64,000 nt of DNA, from positions 1,024,001 through 1,088,000 of the forward strand of contig CAXXMB010000001.1 of NCBI GenBank assembly GCA_963668675.2, written 5' to 3'. Below, in pieces: positions 36,636 to 46,922 of the stretch. A program made the position numbers and the translations under genes. This DNA is from an uncultured Desulfatitalea sp. GTDB taxonomy: Bacteria; Desulfobacterota; Desulfobacteria; Desulfobacterales; Desulfosarcinaceae. The notes beneath the pieces are model-generated. The model was not told the DNA's origin, did no database searches, and saw only the letters and a program-made list of their open reading frames with translations. Every line of letters starts with the position of its first letter. Position 1 is the first letter of the stretch.

Positions 36636-37710
36636 ATTCAGCCCGTTTCTGCGAGAGAATTTCATTGTGTTGGTTCGGTCCGTCAGAATCGGTGTGCCCT
36701 TCGATGATCAATCGCATGGTACTTTCAGACTGGAGCATGGCAACGATTTTATCCAGTGTCGGTTTGGATTCGGCGCGAAGAATATCAGAGTCAAAGTCAA
36801 AATTAATCCCATAAAGTCTTACCCTGCCGGTTTTTAAGAGCTCCTTGGTTATCTGGCCCTGCACCCCACCGGTCCAATGCGGACAACCTCCAACATCCTG
36901 AGATATTTTTTGACCGTTCCAGATACCTGCCCGTTCATTCTCCTTCCCTTCGTACCACCAAAGACCAAAAAACTTATTCCCTTCTGAATTGAATATCATG
37001 ACAGCAGGACCTTTATGATCTGTCTGACTCCAGGTCAACCTCATTATATTATTTTCCAATCCCCCATTAAACAGTCCCTGGTCATATTCATAACAACCTG
37101 TAACTGAGGTTCCTTGCTGACGTAGATGAAAATCGTTAAATTTCGTTTTGTACGTTCCGGAAATATCGGCCAGTTTCGTCTTTGTCAGTTGCTTTCCGTA
37201 GGCGCGAAAGTCCATGAGTTCCGTGTAATCTTTTGAGCCGTGATTATTTTTGATAGTTAACCTGAGCCACTTTCCAGGGGTATTATCTGTTATCTGAAAG
37301 CTCTGATTGTCCTTTTTGTCCGATAGTGACACGCTCTTGATCTTTGTATAGCCTGACGAGATGCCATCAGCCGAAATCTCAAGAACAATATCTTTTGCGC
37401 CACGCCCATTACCATCTATATTTCCAGTGTCAAATTCAATGCTTTCCAGAGTGCTTTTTTCCGCGAGTTCAATAACTGAAACATTGTTTAAGATCTTCCC
37501 TTCAGGACTACACCAGCCGGTTTTTGGATTTTCATCCATAATCCAGATAAAATCCCACGCAGAGTCGTATCCTGGGGGTTTCTCCACAACCAATGCTCCG
37601 GAAGAAAAAGAGGCAAGAGAGGTATCCGCTGCGTCCACATCAGAATGAGAACCGAAATGATCGAATGAAAAAAGAACGATGAGCGACATCAAAATCACTT
37701 TTTTCCTCAT
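36631..37710 (-). pseudogene. Discoidin (F5/8 type C)-OmpA family protein, 3'-truncated by prophage insertion
   Basis: Signal peptide and discoidin motif (D.NP.TGW). The OmpA domain GINFDFDS...IEGHTDS.G...N..LS.KRAE stops abruptly and lacks the G.GE..P...NRRVE half. Confidence 0.85.
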
Positions 37711-37808
37711 ATTTGTACCCCCCGATGGTATGACATTTCCCGAAAAGCCATGTCGTTACTTTCGGTTAACATCAAGAAATTAAATGGCAGAGAATTGAAA
37801 TAACGAAT

Positions 37809-39069
37809 CGGTAGTGTCCGGTCAAGAAAGTAAAAAAGATAAGCTTGAACCCCCTTTTTTTTATAATCGGTTAGCGAATAACACAATGAAGTCAAAAGGA
37901 TATTCAAGCCAGTGCCCATAATAACACACTCTTTTATTCGATGCTAAACTTTATTCCGAGACATCAATTTGACGCCCTTGAAAACCAGTATGGCACAAGG
38001 CGAAAAGCATGTGATTTTAGCAGATGGAACCAGTTCGTTCATTTGATGTTCATGCAACTGACTGGCAGATCAAGCCTTCGTGATGGCATCCAATCTATGA
38101 ATTCCAGATTCAAAAACCTCTATCATTTGGGGCAAAGCCCGTTGCCAGATCAACTTTTGCAGATGCCAATGCCATTCGGCCTGCTTCATTTTACGAAGCG
38201 CTATTTGAACTGCTTTACCAACGTTACCGGATGATATCGCCAAAGCATAAGTTCAAATTCAAAAATGAGCTATACAGTTTTGATGCAACCGTAATTGATC
38301 TGAGTCTCGGAGCGTTTCCCTTGGCTTTGCTTCGGCGCACAAAGTCAGCCATTAAGGTCCATATCACAGCGGTTATCTGCCCGCTTTCCCCCTTTTGTTT
38401 CCATTACCGATGGCAAAAAGCACGAATCCAAGGTAGCTTCAACGAATAAGCGGTAAAAAGGCTCCATCGTTGCGAGGATCGTGCATACGCAGACTATGCT
38501 TGGTTTGCCCTGCTGCAGCAAAATGGTATCTGCTTCGTTACCCGGCAAAAGACCAACGCGGTGTACAAAGTGATCCAGCGAAGAAGCGTTAACAAAAAGC
38601 AGGGTCTATGCTCAGATCAAACCATAATGCTTTCCGGCACCAAGGGTCATTTGTGCCCTCACCCTTTGCGCAGAGTTGGGTATGGAGATCCTCAAACAAG
38701 GAAACACTACGTCTTTCTTAAGAACAATTTTAGACTGTCAGCTAAAACAATCGCTGATATCTACAAAGAATGTTGGCAAATCGAGATACTCTTTCGCCGG
38801 ATCAAACAGAGCCTTAAGATTAAAGCATTCATCGGCGAATCTCGAAATGCTTTAATGACGCCGGTTTATGTTGCATTGATCGCATACCTTCTGCTGTGCA
38901 TGCATGGCCAAGATATCTGTAAGTTTGCAAAATCTACTACGAGTAATTCAACTCAATATGCTTAGAAGATGTTCACTGAAGGAGTTGTTTGAACCTCCAC
39001 CATTAAATGCGAATATTACAGATAATAACGAGCAGTTACTCTTTGATAATTTCTAAGCAGACAGACTTG
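37809..39069 (+). mobile_element. Decayed IS4-family element (frameshifted transposase)
   Basis: Fragments FSRWNQF..L...QLTGRSSLRD, FDATVIDL.L..F, LR.V.Y.D...K...FL.NN..L.A.TIA.IYK..WQIE..F..IKQ.LKIK.F.G.S.NA spread over several frames; degenerate terminal repeats near 37809 and 39069. Confidence 0.85.
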
Positions 39070-39198
39070 TGCTGAAATGAAATTTTTTTTGTGAGCAGTT
39101 TTAAAGTTGTTTTTTGGTTTTGCTGGACTTCACAATGATTTTAAAGGTATTTAGAGTTGGATATCGACAGATTATCTTTATGAATAAAGGAGGAAATA

Positions 39199-39732
39199 AT
39201 GGGCAAAGGGCAAAAATTATTTCTTATCGCATTTCTACTAATGTTAATTTATGGATGTGGCGCGAGACATATCACTCCAGGAAAATATGGTATCGAATCT
39301 GATTCAATTCAAAATTTAAAAGGTGGTCTGCCGATTACTATAAAAATTCCAAAATTTGCTGAAAATGAGTACCACATTGCCAATGCCAACCCAAAGATAA
39401 AGTCTAATTTTTATATAAATTTAAATGAGTTGCACAATGATGCAAAAGTACTAATTGAAACCGAGTTGATAAATCATGATGTACCTTTAACTTCAAACGC
39501 ACAAAAATTTCTAAAAATAACTTTTACCAATCTCCAATGGGAGAGTTGGGCAGGGGGATTCACATTTGGGGTATACCTTGACTTTGATGTCGAAACCAGT
39601 GATGGATACTCGATAAATTATCAAGTACAAGATTCAGGTAGGCGTATGTCTAGAGCAATCGGTGGTTCAGTTTCCAGAGCAGTCGAAAAAATGTTTCAGG
39701 ATTTTGAAATTATAAAATTCATAAATAAATAA
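39199..39732 (+). CDS. Lipoprotein of unknown function
   Basis: RBS AGGAGG; lipobox-like LIYGC; AT-rich. Confidence 0.75.
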   Translation: MGKGQKLFLIAFLLMLIYGCGARHITPGKYGIESDSIQNLKGGLPITIKIPKFAENEYHIANANPKIKSNFYINLNELHNDAKVLIETELINHDVPLTSNAQKFLKITFTNLQWESWAGGFTFGVYLDFDVETSDGYSINYQVQDSGRRMSRAIGGSVSRAVEKMFQDFEIIKFINK

Positions 39733-39874
39733 CTTATTGATATCGCGAAGATATAATTCGGACCTACAACCTAAACAAAGGCTGATTTCAGGGGACCTGC
39801 ATTAAGAGCGACTTTTCAGGTAATGTAGTAAGTCAGCAGAAATATTTTCATATTGATATTGTAGGATAATTTCA

Positions 39875-40811
39875 GGTTCATCCCGGATTCGCGTACTTTT
39901 GATTGAAAAAAGTGGACATCCATGTCCTTCAAAAGATCACCACGGCCTCTAATTAAAAGCATATCGGATCTCCACAAGTTTGCTGTATCACGGATTTTGT
40001 ATTCACGGCTATCAGTATGTTCCCGCTCTTTTTGAAAACGGCACCATCATCTTCCGTATCGCTCGGAACGCTTTTACTCTAAGGTGTCCCAAATACAAAT
40101 CTCGAATTGTAAAACGAAGAGGCACTGTTGTGCGTAGATTCAAAGCCATTCCAATCGGTTCTGTGCCAGTACTCATTGAGTTGTGATAACGTATAATATT
40201 TTTCGGATGCGCCAGTAACTGGCGGAAGATAGTAGGTGAAAGTCCTATACGTCGAAGGGTTAGCAACCCACGGCGACCCTGAGTCATGTCGGTGTACCGG
40301 TAACGGTATTCTGGAAGCGTTGAAAAGGCAAAATGCGTGCAGGATATTGAGCCGCGAAATTCTATACAATAGTTTGGAGTGCCCATGGTGTCGAAATGTC
40401 AGAAGGCAAAACACTATTCATCGCTAATTGCGAGATCGATCGTGACTCCACGCGGTCGGAGGCCCCTTGCAGGCCAAGGTGTTAAAAGGAACCCGATTGC
40501 TACTGTTGAAAAACCCTTACAGTCTCAATGACGACAAAGCTGAAAGCAATCGCTTAAAAAAGGCGCTTGAGCTAAATGCCCCTTTGGCGATGGCATACTA
40601 CCTCATAGAAGATCTAAAGCAATTTTGGGACCAGAGAACAAAGACTGAAGCAAAAAAGTATTTGGCTGCTTGGATTTTCTAAAACAGTGCATCGAAAGTA
40701 GCGATGCTTGTGAAGATGGCCAAAACGATCCAAGGTCATAAGTTCGGTCTTTTATCCTATTCTGACCACCCTATCTCCACCGGCCCGTTGGAAGGAATCA
40801 ACAACAAAATA
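39875..40811 (+). mobile_element. Decayed ISL3-family element
   Basis: Fragments STSLLYHGF...GY.Y, KVLKGTR.LLLKNP..L, N.PL..AYYL.EDL.QFW.Q and ISTGPLEG.NNKI; starts near GGTTCATCC; large internal deletion. Confidence 0.8.
40207..40471 (+). ncRNA. Group II intron 5' fragment (domain I only, no RT ORF)
   Basis: (A/G)TGCGCC start, GTAGGTGAAAGTCCTA, CCTGAGTCATG, GAAGCGTTGA, TATTGAGCCGCGAAA and CGCGGTCGGAG.CCCC.TGCA blocks recalled from bacterial (class E-like) group II intron 5' ends. Confidence 0.7.
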
Positions 40812-40900
40812 AATCGGGGCGATAAGGTTTTTATTCGTTAATTCTATAGGTTACTACGGAGAAAAACAAGCACATCGATCAAAGTGCTTTTGCACCGTCG

Positions 40901-41122
40901 CTAAAAGCCTACTGCTTCAGGCAAAGTGGGCTGCGCATCGGACCGCGTCACTATCTCATCGGCGACCATCTGGTCGAAAGAACATCTCAGGCAATTGTAA
41001 TTATGGGCGCACATTTTGTAATCAACCAGCCCGTTCACCATGTGCCGACATTTTCCCCTGTATTCTGCCATGCCTACAAGATTGGTACGTCGTCTTGTTT
41101 CAATTTTGATATTCTTGCCCAT
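40901..41122 (-). CDS. Small Cys-rich protein
   Basis: RBS AAGGAGG; C.HM..G.V.YK.C...Y.C..C.FDQ motif, like the Cys-rich module of deltaproteobacterial GcvH-like proteins. Confidence 0.7.
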   Translation of the reverse strand: MGKNIKIETRRRTNLVGMAEYRGKCRHMVNGLVDYKMCAHNYNCLRCSFDQMVADEIVTRSDAQPTLPEAVGF

Positions 41123-41815
41123 GACGTCCTCCTTAGTGTTTGCCGGTTCACTTGCTGTTTGCGGTTTGCCTCATTTTGCCAATCAAATTCTTTTCTGTTT
41201 AGATACAACGCATAATCCAGGCCAATCTCGCTGTTCTACGCGAAAAAATACCTAACTATTTGGAATACCAACTAATCTTTTATATCATGGCAATCGCGGG
41301 TAGAGGGATTTGCTATAATAAATTGTGGCAAAATACAGCAGGGATAAATGTTAAAAAATGTAATATATATAAATATTAGAATGTTATGGAAGTGGGGCAA
41401 AATGCTGCATGTGGGGCATTTTACTGCAGCTTCAAAAGCGAAAAAGACGATACTCGAAGAACATCGGAGCGATGTCAGATGAACCACTTTACGGGTTGCT
41501 TGTTCAGGTTACCGATGATCAGAAAATTGCTGTCTCATAGTTTTTACGACAACTTATCGAAGACAAATTGAATCAAGGAGTAGGAAAAAATGTAGTCTAT
41601 GAAGGCATCATAATGGAAATAATAGTCGAATATGAACTCAGGGTCACTGGTCGGTTTGCTCGTTATGTTGGCGTTGATCGTGATAAGCGCTCAGATGTAA
41701 AAAAGAGACCCGGAAGTTGGATATCGATATATGGATTTGAACCTCACTTCTCGGAAGCCCTGTTTTTTGGGATGAAAAGCAAAAACGATTTGAACAGCCT
41801 TAAAGGATTGCGTGT

Positions 41816-42613
41816 TCATGATGCACCCTGGATCATATCGATAAATTCGGGAAGCATTAAAATATTCACTTGCTTATCTTTGGGCATGTTAGCAACGGCC
41901 TGTGAATAACACCCCGTGCAAATGTGAACCATGGTGTCGGTTTGAACATGACCAAGCATATGCGCCAGGCCATCGGGTTTAAAGCAGCAGGAGGGCGCGC
42001 TGATCCTGTTGATGGAAAGCCCTGTGATTTGATTAAAAACCCGATTCGTTGATTTCAAGTCCACAGGAACTGGTGAAAAACGCTGATGTAATTTATAGCA
42101 TCCGGCATAATAGTCGATTTGTTGATTGCATTCCAAGGTGCCAATGGCTTCAAGAAGCACCTCGGGAAAATAGATGATGTTCTCCTCTGGAAACGTAAAT
42201 TTATAGATTGGATAACATGGAGAGCAGAAAAGGATGATCCTGCTTGCCCCCAGCTTTTTGGCCTGCTCAATGTTGTTGCCGACAAATTCCTTGGAAAGCG
42301 AACGACACTCTTCCATTGCCGTCTCATCTTTTTCCTTTATCGCCGGTCGATAGAGATAATTGCCGCAGCAATATTCCTTGGACAGAAAGGTGTAGTCAAT
42401 TCCGCCTCGCTCCAAAATTCGGGCGAACTTTTCCACTGCATTGGGAACCACTTTCAGATTTTGACAGCCCATAATGACCACATTTTCCGCCGGCCGATCA
42501 AACGGAAGATTCATTGCTTTCATCGTTTCGATGCGGTCGGGCAAATTTTCGAAGGTGTGCCCGAGAGTCCGAATTGTTTCGACCATTTTGGTATCAATCA
42601 GCGTGTGCATCAT
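41816..42613 (-). CDS. Cys-rich CCG-domain Fe-S protein (heterodisulfide-reductase-like)
   Basis: GC, EYCCG, CSPC, YYAGC, CC and C.GC motifs. Confidence 0.8.
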   Translation of the reverse strand: MMHTLIDTKMVETIRTLGHTFENLPDRIETMKAMNLPFDRPAENVVIMGCQNLKVVPNAVEKFARILERGGIDYTFLSKEYCCGNYLYRPAIKEKDETAMEECRSLSKEFVGNNIEQAKKLGASRIILFCSPCYPIYKFTFPEENIIYFPEVLLEAIGTLECNQQIDYYAGCYKLHQRFSPVPVDLKSTNRVFNQITGLSINRISAPSCCFKPDGLAHMLGHVQTDTMVHICTGCYSQAVANMPKDKQVNILMLPEFIDMIQGAS

Positions 42614-42713
42614 CTAAGCCCTGATTTATGGTTTAGTATCTTGCTATTTTCAATTTTGATGGACAGATATGTCATGGTGCATAAACACTTTGGCAACGGT
42701 TTCCGAGTTTTGT

Positions 42714-43361
42714 CTACCGCAGGGGTGAAAACGGCAGGGCGACCAGCCGCAGCGCCTTTTCTCTTGGGGCCAGCAGCCGGACACTCCTTAAAAACTTTTT
42801 CCTCCACTCTCCAGCTGGTTCGTATTTCTGCTTAGGCTCCGGGGATTTCCAGACATCGATGACTTCATTCGGGCTTCCACTGATGGGTCGCCAGCTGGCA
42901 ATGATCGGCACGAATTTACGCGACTCCGCAAGTCCCGCTTCCAGATTGTCCATCTGCCCATTGGCTGCTTCCAGTATGGCAAACAAATAGCCGTGGTTGG
43001 GCGTTTCCCTGCTGTCGGCAATGGCTTGATGCAGAACCTCACTTGGAACGGCCTTTCCAAGGGGTTCCAGCAGTCGGCTGTGCCTTACAGGCGCGTGGTC
43101 CTCAAGCCCGGCGGCGTACTCTCCCCAGGCTTTGCTCCGACTGCAGTTGACGCGAAACGCCTTGAGCGACTCCATATTATCGAATTCCATTATCTGCTTA
43201 ACCTGACAGAACCACTCGACATCGCTGCTTAACGCTGCGATCAACCTTGCCCCCAGCTCCGGCAGGACAGGCACCAATTTCTCTTGGGCAAATTCGATAT
43301 AGTTGTCCAACGCCTCATAGCTTGCATGGGCGAGGTTCAAGGTTTCTTCCGTATAGATCAT
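42714..43361 (-). CDS. NIPSNAP-family protein
   Basis: Two ferredoxin-like NIPSNAP-type halves; ends L..LPFSPLR. Confidence 0.75.
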   Translation of the reverse strand: MIYTEETLNLAHASYEALDNYIEFAQEKLVPVLPELGARLIAALSSDVEWFCQVKQIMEFDNMESLKAFRVNCSRSKAWGEYAAGLEDHAPVRHSRLLEPLGKAVPSEVLHQAIADSRETPNHGYLFAILEAANGQMDNLEAGLAESRKFVPIIASWRPISGSPNEVIDVWKSPEPKQKYEPAGEWRKKFLRSVRLLAPREKALRLVALPFSPLR

Positions 43362-43692
43362 GTCAACTCCTTCTTTTCATAGTGTTACAGTGATTTTTAT
43401 GAATCAATATAAAATATGCAGATGTAGGTGCAATATCCGGTTCTCAGAGTCTGGATCCCTTAGAGATTTACCAGCGATATCGATAAAAGAGGCTGCTCGA
43501 TACCCACCTTTTTTTCTCTTTCATTTCAGCTTTGGCGATACAAATCATCAGTCTGTATCTATTAGATATGTTGATATATTCCCGCTTTGTGCAACTACGG
43601 CTGTCGAACGCTGGAGGATGTATCCGGATTAAAGATGAAGGTTCAAGTTTTGCCTCTATTTGGTAGATCGGCACGCAATAAAATAATCCCTT

Positions 43693-44463
43693 CTAAAATT
43701 TCATATATGCACCATCGATTAAAAATTCATCACCTGAATGATAAGCGCTGCCATCGCTGGCAAAATAGACAGCTGCCGGGCCAAAATCTGCCGGAACACC
43801 CCAGCGGCGTTGGGGAATCCTTGGCATCACGGCGTTTTCAAACGTGCTGTTGGAAAACATCTCAGCCGTCATATCCGTTTCGATCCAGCCGGGCAGGATA
43901 GCATTGGCCCGAATACCATAGCGGGCATAGCCCACGGCTATGGCCCGAATCAGAGAAAGCAAGCCACCTTTGGTCGATGCGTAATGCGCGGCGCGCGGAG
44001 CGCCGGACAGGGCTGACATACTGCTGGTCGCAACCAGTGACCCCTTGACCTTCTTTTCTATCATGTGCCTGATCGCTGCCCTAAAGGTAAAAAAAACACC
44101 CTCCATATTGACGCTGTATATCCTCCTCCACTCCTCAATAGTCATTTTATGAAACGGTACTCCCGACCCTCCCTGGCCGGCATTGGCAAAGCAAGCGGTG
44201 ACTTTTCCTAGTGTATCAACCGTCCTGCTAAAACATTTTTCAACCTGCTGTTCATCCGAGACGTCACATTTTAAGGCCAGAACCCGACGGCCATAATCCT
44301 GCAGTTTTTCTTCAGCCGCCTTATTCTTCTCCTCGTTTCTTCCCCAGATACAGACATCGGCCCCAGCCTCTGCCAAAGCCGCGGCCATACCCAACCCGAT
44401 ACCGCCGTTACCGCCGGTTACCAGCGCCACTTTACCTTCAAGATTAAAATATGATGTTCCCAT
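43693..44463 (-). CDS. Short-chain dehydrogenase/reductase
   Basis: TGGNGGIG, NAG, Y.STK and PG.I.T.M motifs; start MGTSYF after RBS GGAGG. Confidence 0.92.
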   Translation of the reverse strand: MGTSYFNLEGKVALVTGGNGGIGLGMAAALAEAGADVCIWGRNEEKNKAAEEKLQDYGRRVLALKCDVSDEQQVEKCFSRTVDTLGKVTACFANAGQGGSGVPFHKMTIEEWRRIYSVNMEGVFFTFRAAIRHMIEKKVKGSLVATSSMSALSGAPRAAHYASTKGGLLSLIRAIAVGYARYGIRANAILPGWIETDMTAEMFSNSTFENAVMPRIPQRRWGVPADFGPAAVYFASDGSAYHSGDEFLIDGAYMKF

Positions 44464-44504
44464 ATTATCCTCCTTTTTACCATCGTTGAGTGGCACACTA
44501 TTAG

Positions 44505-44518
44505 AACGAACGTTCGTT
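44505..44518. promoter_or_regulatory. Perfect 14-bp palindrome upstream of SDR operon (TetR-type operator candidate)
   Basis: AACGAACGTTCGTT about 40 bp upstream of the SDR start. Confidence 0.55.
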
Positions 44519-44827
44519 TTATAATACCAGGAATAATCAGATTGGCAATATTTTTATGAAAATATATTATCCGCTTCTCCATATAGCTTAAGTGTCCGAA
44601 ATTTAGTAATGATTGGCCTATGCAACGTATCTGATTCTTTGGCTCAATCTCATTACGATCAATGGAAAAGTCCCCCCGCCCCCCTCACCTGCGGTGAAGG
44701 AGGAAGGTGAGTCGGCAGCTGTACATAAGGTATGATAATGAAAAACAGACGCGACTCAATCCTCTTTTTAAGGTTTGACAAGATTGAATGGGTCTACTAT
44801 ATTCCAGAATAACGATTTGGAGGAATC

Positions 44828-45172
44828 ATGAGAGATTTTGTTAAGGTCATGAAAGCATTGTCGGATCCAAACCGGATCAAGATGATCAAGTTGCTGCAGC
44901 GTCGTGTTCTATGCGTATGTGAAATTCAGGAGGCCATGGGGTTGGCCCAGTCCACAGCCAGCAAGCACCTTAAAATACTGGAAGACGCCGGATTGATAAC
45001 TTTTTCGAAAGATGGGTTGTGGGTCAACTATCGCCTCGCCGATGGGGATAGGAATCCTTATGTGGCCAGTATGCTTGGAAACCTGCGACACTGGCTCGAA
45101 GAGGATCCTGAAGTGGAGGCGCTGTTTGCCCGGCTGCCCGATATCCGCCGCGAAATCATTTGCGGAAACTAA
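44828..45172 (+). CDS. arsR: ArsR/SmtB family repressor
   Basis: KALSDPNR..I, LCVCEI, Q.T.S.HL..L..AGL and G.WV.Y motifs. Confidence 0.92.
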   Translation: MRDFVKVMKALSDPNRIKMIKLLQRRVLCVCEIQEAMGLAQSTASKHLKILEDAGLITFSKDGLWVNYRLADGDRNPYVASMLGNLRHWLEEDPEVEALFARLPDIRREIICGN

Positions 45173-45264
45173 ATTTTTTTAGCCTTTATATATCACTATA
45201 TGACGAATTTAGAATAAAGTATCTCTTGGGATGCATCGTGTTCCCTTGAAACGGAGGTTTTCTA

Positions 45265-46380
45265 ATGGACAACACCAATCACAAAATCTGCTGCTGCAGT
45301 GCAACCCAGGCGGTCTCCACCACTATGGGTCAGGTAAGCGAACCGAACAATTCGCCCGTCATCAAATATGTCGCTGGGGTAGCAGTCATGATCGCGGTCT
45401 GGTGGCTGATTTACGGTCAACTTAAACCTTTGGCCGACTTTCTCACCCTGACGCTGGCCGGATGGACCGGTTTTGCGCCTGAAGGCCATTTGGGGCAGGC
45501 GATCGCATTTTTTCTGTACGACACGCCGAAGGTGCTGATGCTCCTGACGCTGGTGGTATTCGGCGTTGGAATCGTACGTTCTTTTTTTACGCCCAGTAGA
45601 ACCCGTGCCATTCTGGCCGGTAAGCGCGAATCGGTCGGCAATGTTCTGGCGGCCTGTCTGGGGATCGTAACCCCCTTTTGCTCCTGTTCGGCTGTGCCCC
45701 TGTTTCTGGGTTTCGTTACTACAGGCATACCGTTGGGGGTGACCTTTTCGTTTCTCATTGCGGCCCCCATGGTCAATGAGGTCGCCCTGGTCCTTCTGTA
45801 CGGGCTTTTCGGGTGGAAAGTCGCTGTGATTTACTTAAGCACCGGGCTCGCCATCGCCATCATCGCCGGCTGGGTGATCGGACGGATGAAAATGGAGCGC
45901 CATCTCGAGGACTGGGTGTACGAGATCCAGGCCGGCCAAGTCGCCGTAGAGAACGGTCCCGAAGACTGGGTCGAGCGTATCCGCTATGGGTTCGAGTCGG
46001 TGCGCGATATCGTGGGCAAGGTGTGGTTTTACGTCGTAATCGGCATTGCCGTGGGGGCCGGCATTCATGGGTATGTGCCGGAGGGTCTTCTGGCGTCGTT
46101 CATGGGCAAATCAGCCTGGTGGTCGGTGCCGGTATCGGTGATCCTGGGTATTCCCATGTATTCCAATGCTGCCGGTATCATTCCCATCGTGCAGGCCTTG
46201 CTTGAAAAAGGCGCTGCGCTGGGCACCGTTTTGGCCTTCATGATGTCGGTCATCGCCCTGTCATTGCCCGAGGCGATTATCCTGCGCAAAGTGCTCAAAC
46301 CGCGATTGATTGCAACCTTTATCGGTGTGGTCGGCGCAGGCATTCTGACCGTCGGATACATTTTCAACTACTTTGTCTGA
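45265..46380 (+). CDS. ArsP/DUF318 family permease
   Basis: FF.YDTPK, TPFCSCS..P, SFL..AP..NE, G.PMY.NA.G and LS.PE motifs. Confidence 0.9.
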   Translation: MDNTNHKICCCSATQAVSTTMGQVSEPNNSPVIKYVAGVAVMIAVWWLIYGQLKPLADFLTLTLAGWTGFAPEGHLGQAIAFFLYDTPKVLMLLTLVVFGVGIVRSFFTPSRTRAILAGKRESVGNVLAACLGIVTPFCSCSAVPLFLGFVTTGIPLGVTFSFLIAAPMVNEVALVLLYGLFGWKVAVIYLSTGLAIAIIAGWVIGRMKMERHLEDWVYEIQAGQVAVENGPEDWVERIRYGFESVRDIVGKVWFYVVIGIAVGAGIHGYVPEGLLASFMGKSAWWSVPVSVILGIPMYSNAAGIIPIVQALLEKGAALGTVLAFMMSVIALSLPEAIILRKVLKPRLIATFIGVVGAGILTVGYIFNYFV

Positions 46381-46431
46381 CAGGCTGCCTACCAACACAA
46401 GCGAACAAAACGCAAATAGAGGAGTGTTACC

Positions 46432-46662
46432 ATGGAAATCAAAATACTGGGACCTGGTTGTGCCAAATGTGAAAAAACTGAAAAAATAGTCAAAGAGGCC
46501 GTTGCCGAAGCCGGGGTTGGCGCCGCCATCGAAAAGGTCACCGATATGATGAAAATAGCCGGCTACGGCGTTTTCGGAACACCCGCAGTGGTGGTGAATG
46601 GAGAAGTAAAGTCGGTGGGCAAAATCCCTAAAAAGAAAGATGTAATGGCTTGGCTGAAATAG
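46432..46662 (+). CDS. Small redox-active disulfide protein (thioredoxin-like)
   Basis: IKILGPGC.KC and YGV..TPA.VV.G motifs. Confidence 0.92.
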   Translation: MEIKILGPGCAKCEKTEKIVKEAVAEAGVGAAIEKVTDMMKIAGYGVFGTPAVVVNGEVKSVGKIPKKKDVMAWLK

Positions 46663-46910
46663 TTTTCACGGACGACATTCGCAAGGCTCTCGACACCGAG
46701 ATGGTATGCTATTGCTCCAAGGTCACGAAGGCGCACATCATGCGCGCGATCGGCAATGGGGATTGTTCGGTGACGGAAATAAAAAACGCCACCGGTGCCG
46801 GCACCCAGGGACGCTGCAAGGAAATCAGCCCCAGAGAGCGCTGATGTTCGCGGGAGATCCGCATTCTCCTGGGGCAGGAGAACGATCAAACCGACAACCC
46901 TTTTATTTGA
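46650..46910 (+). CDS. BFD-like [2Fe-2S] protein, probable selenoprotein (UGA at 46842-46844)
   Basis: VCYC..VT...I..AI..G...I...TGA...G.C....P..R-UGA-C; UGA sits where the family has the first Cys of CC; the frame continues to 46910; stem-loop follows. The exact start (46650 TTG or 46701 ATG) is uncertain. Confidence 0.75.
46864..46882 (+). promoter_or_regulatory. Candidate bacterial SECIS stem-loop
   Basis: TTCTCCTG-GGG-CAGGAGAA; the G-containing loop is separated from the UGA by 27 nt. Confidence 0.65.
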
Positions 46911-46922
46911 TGGAGAAGAGAC

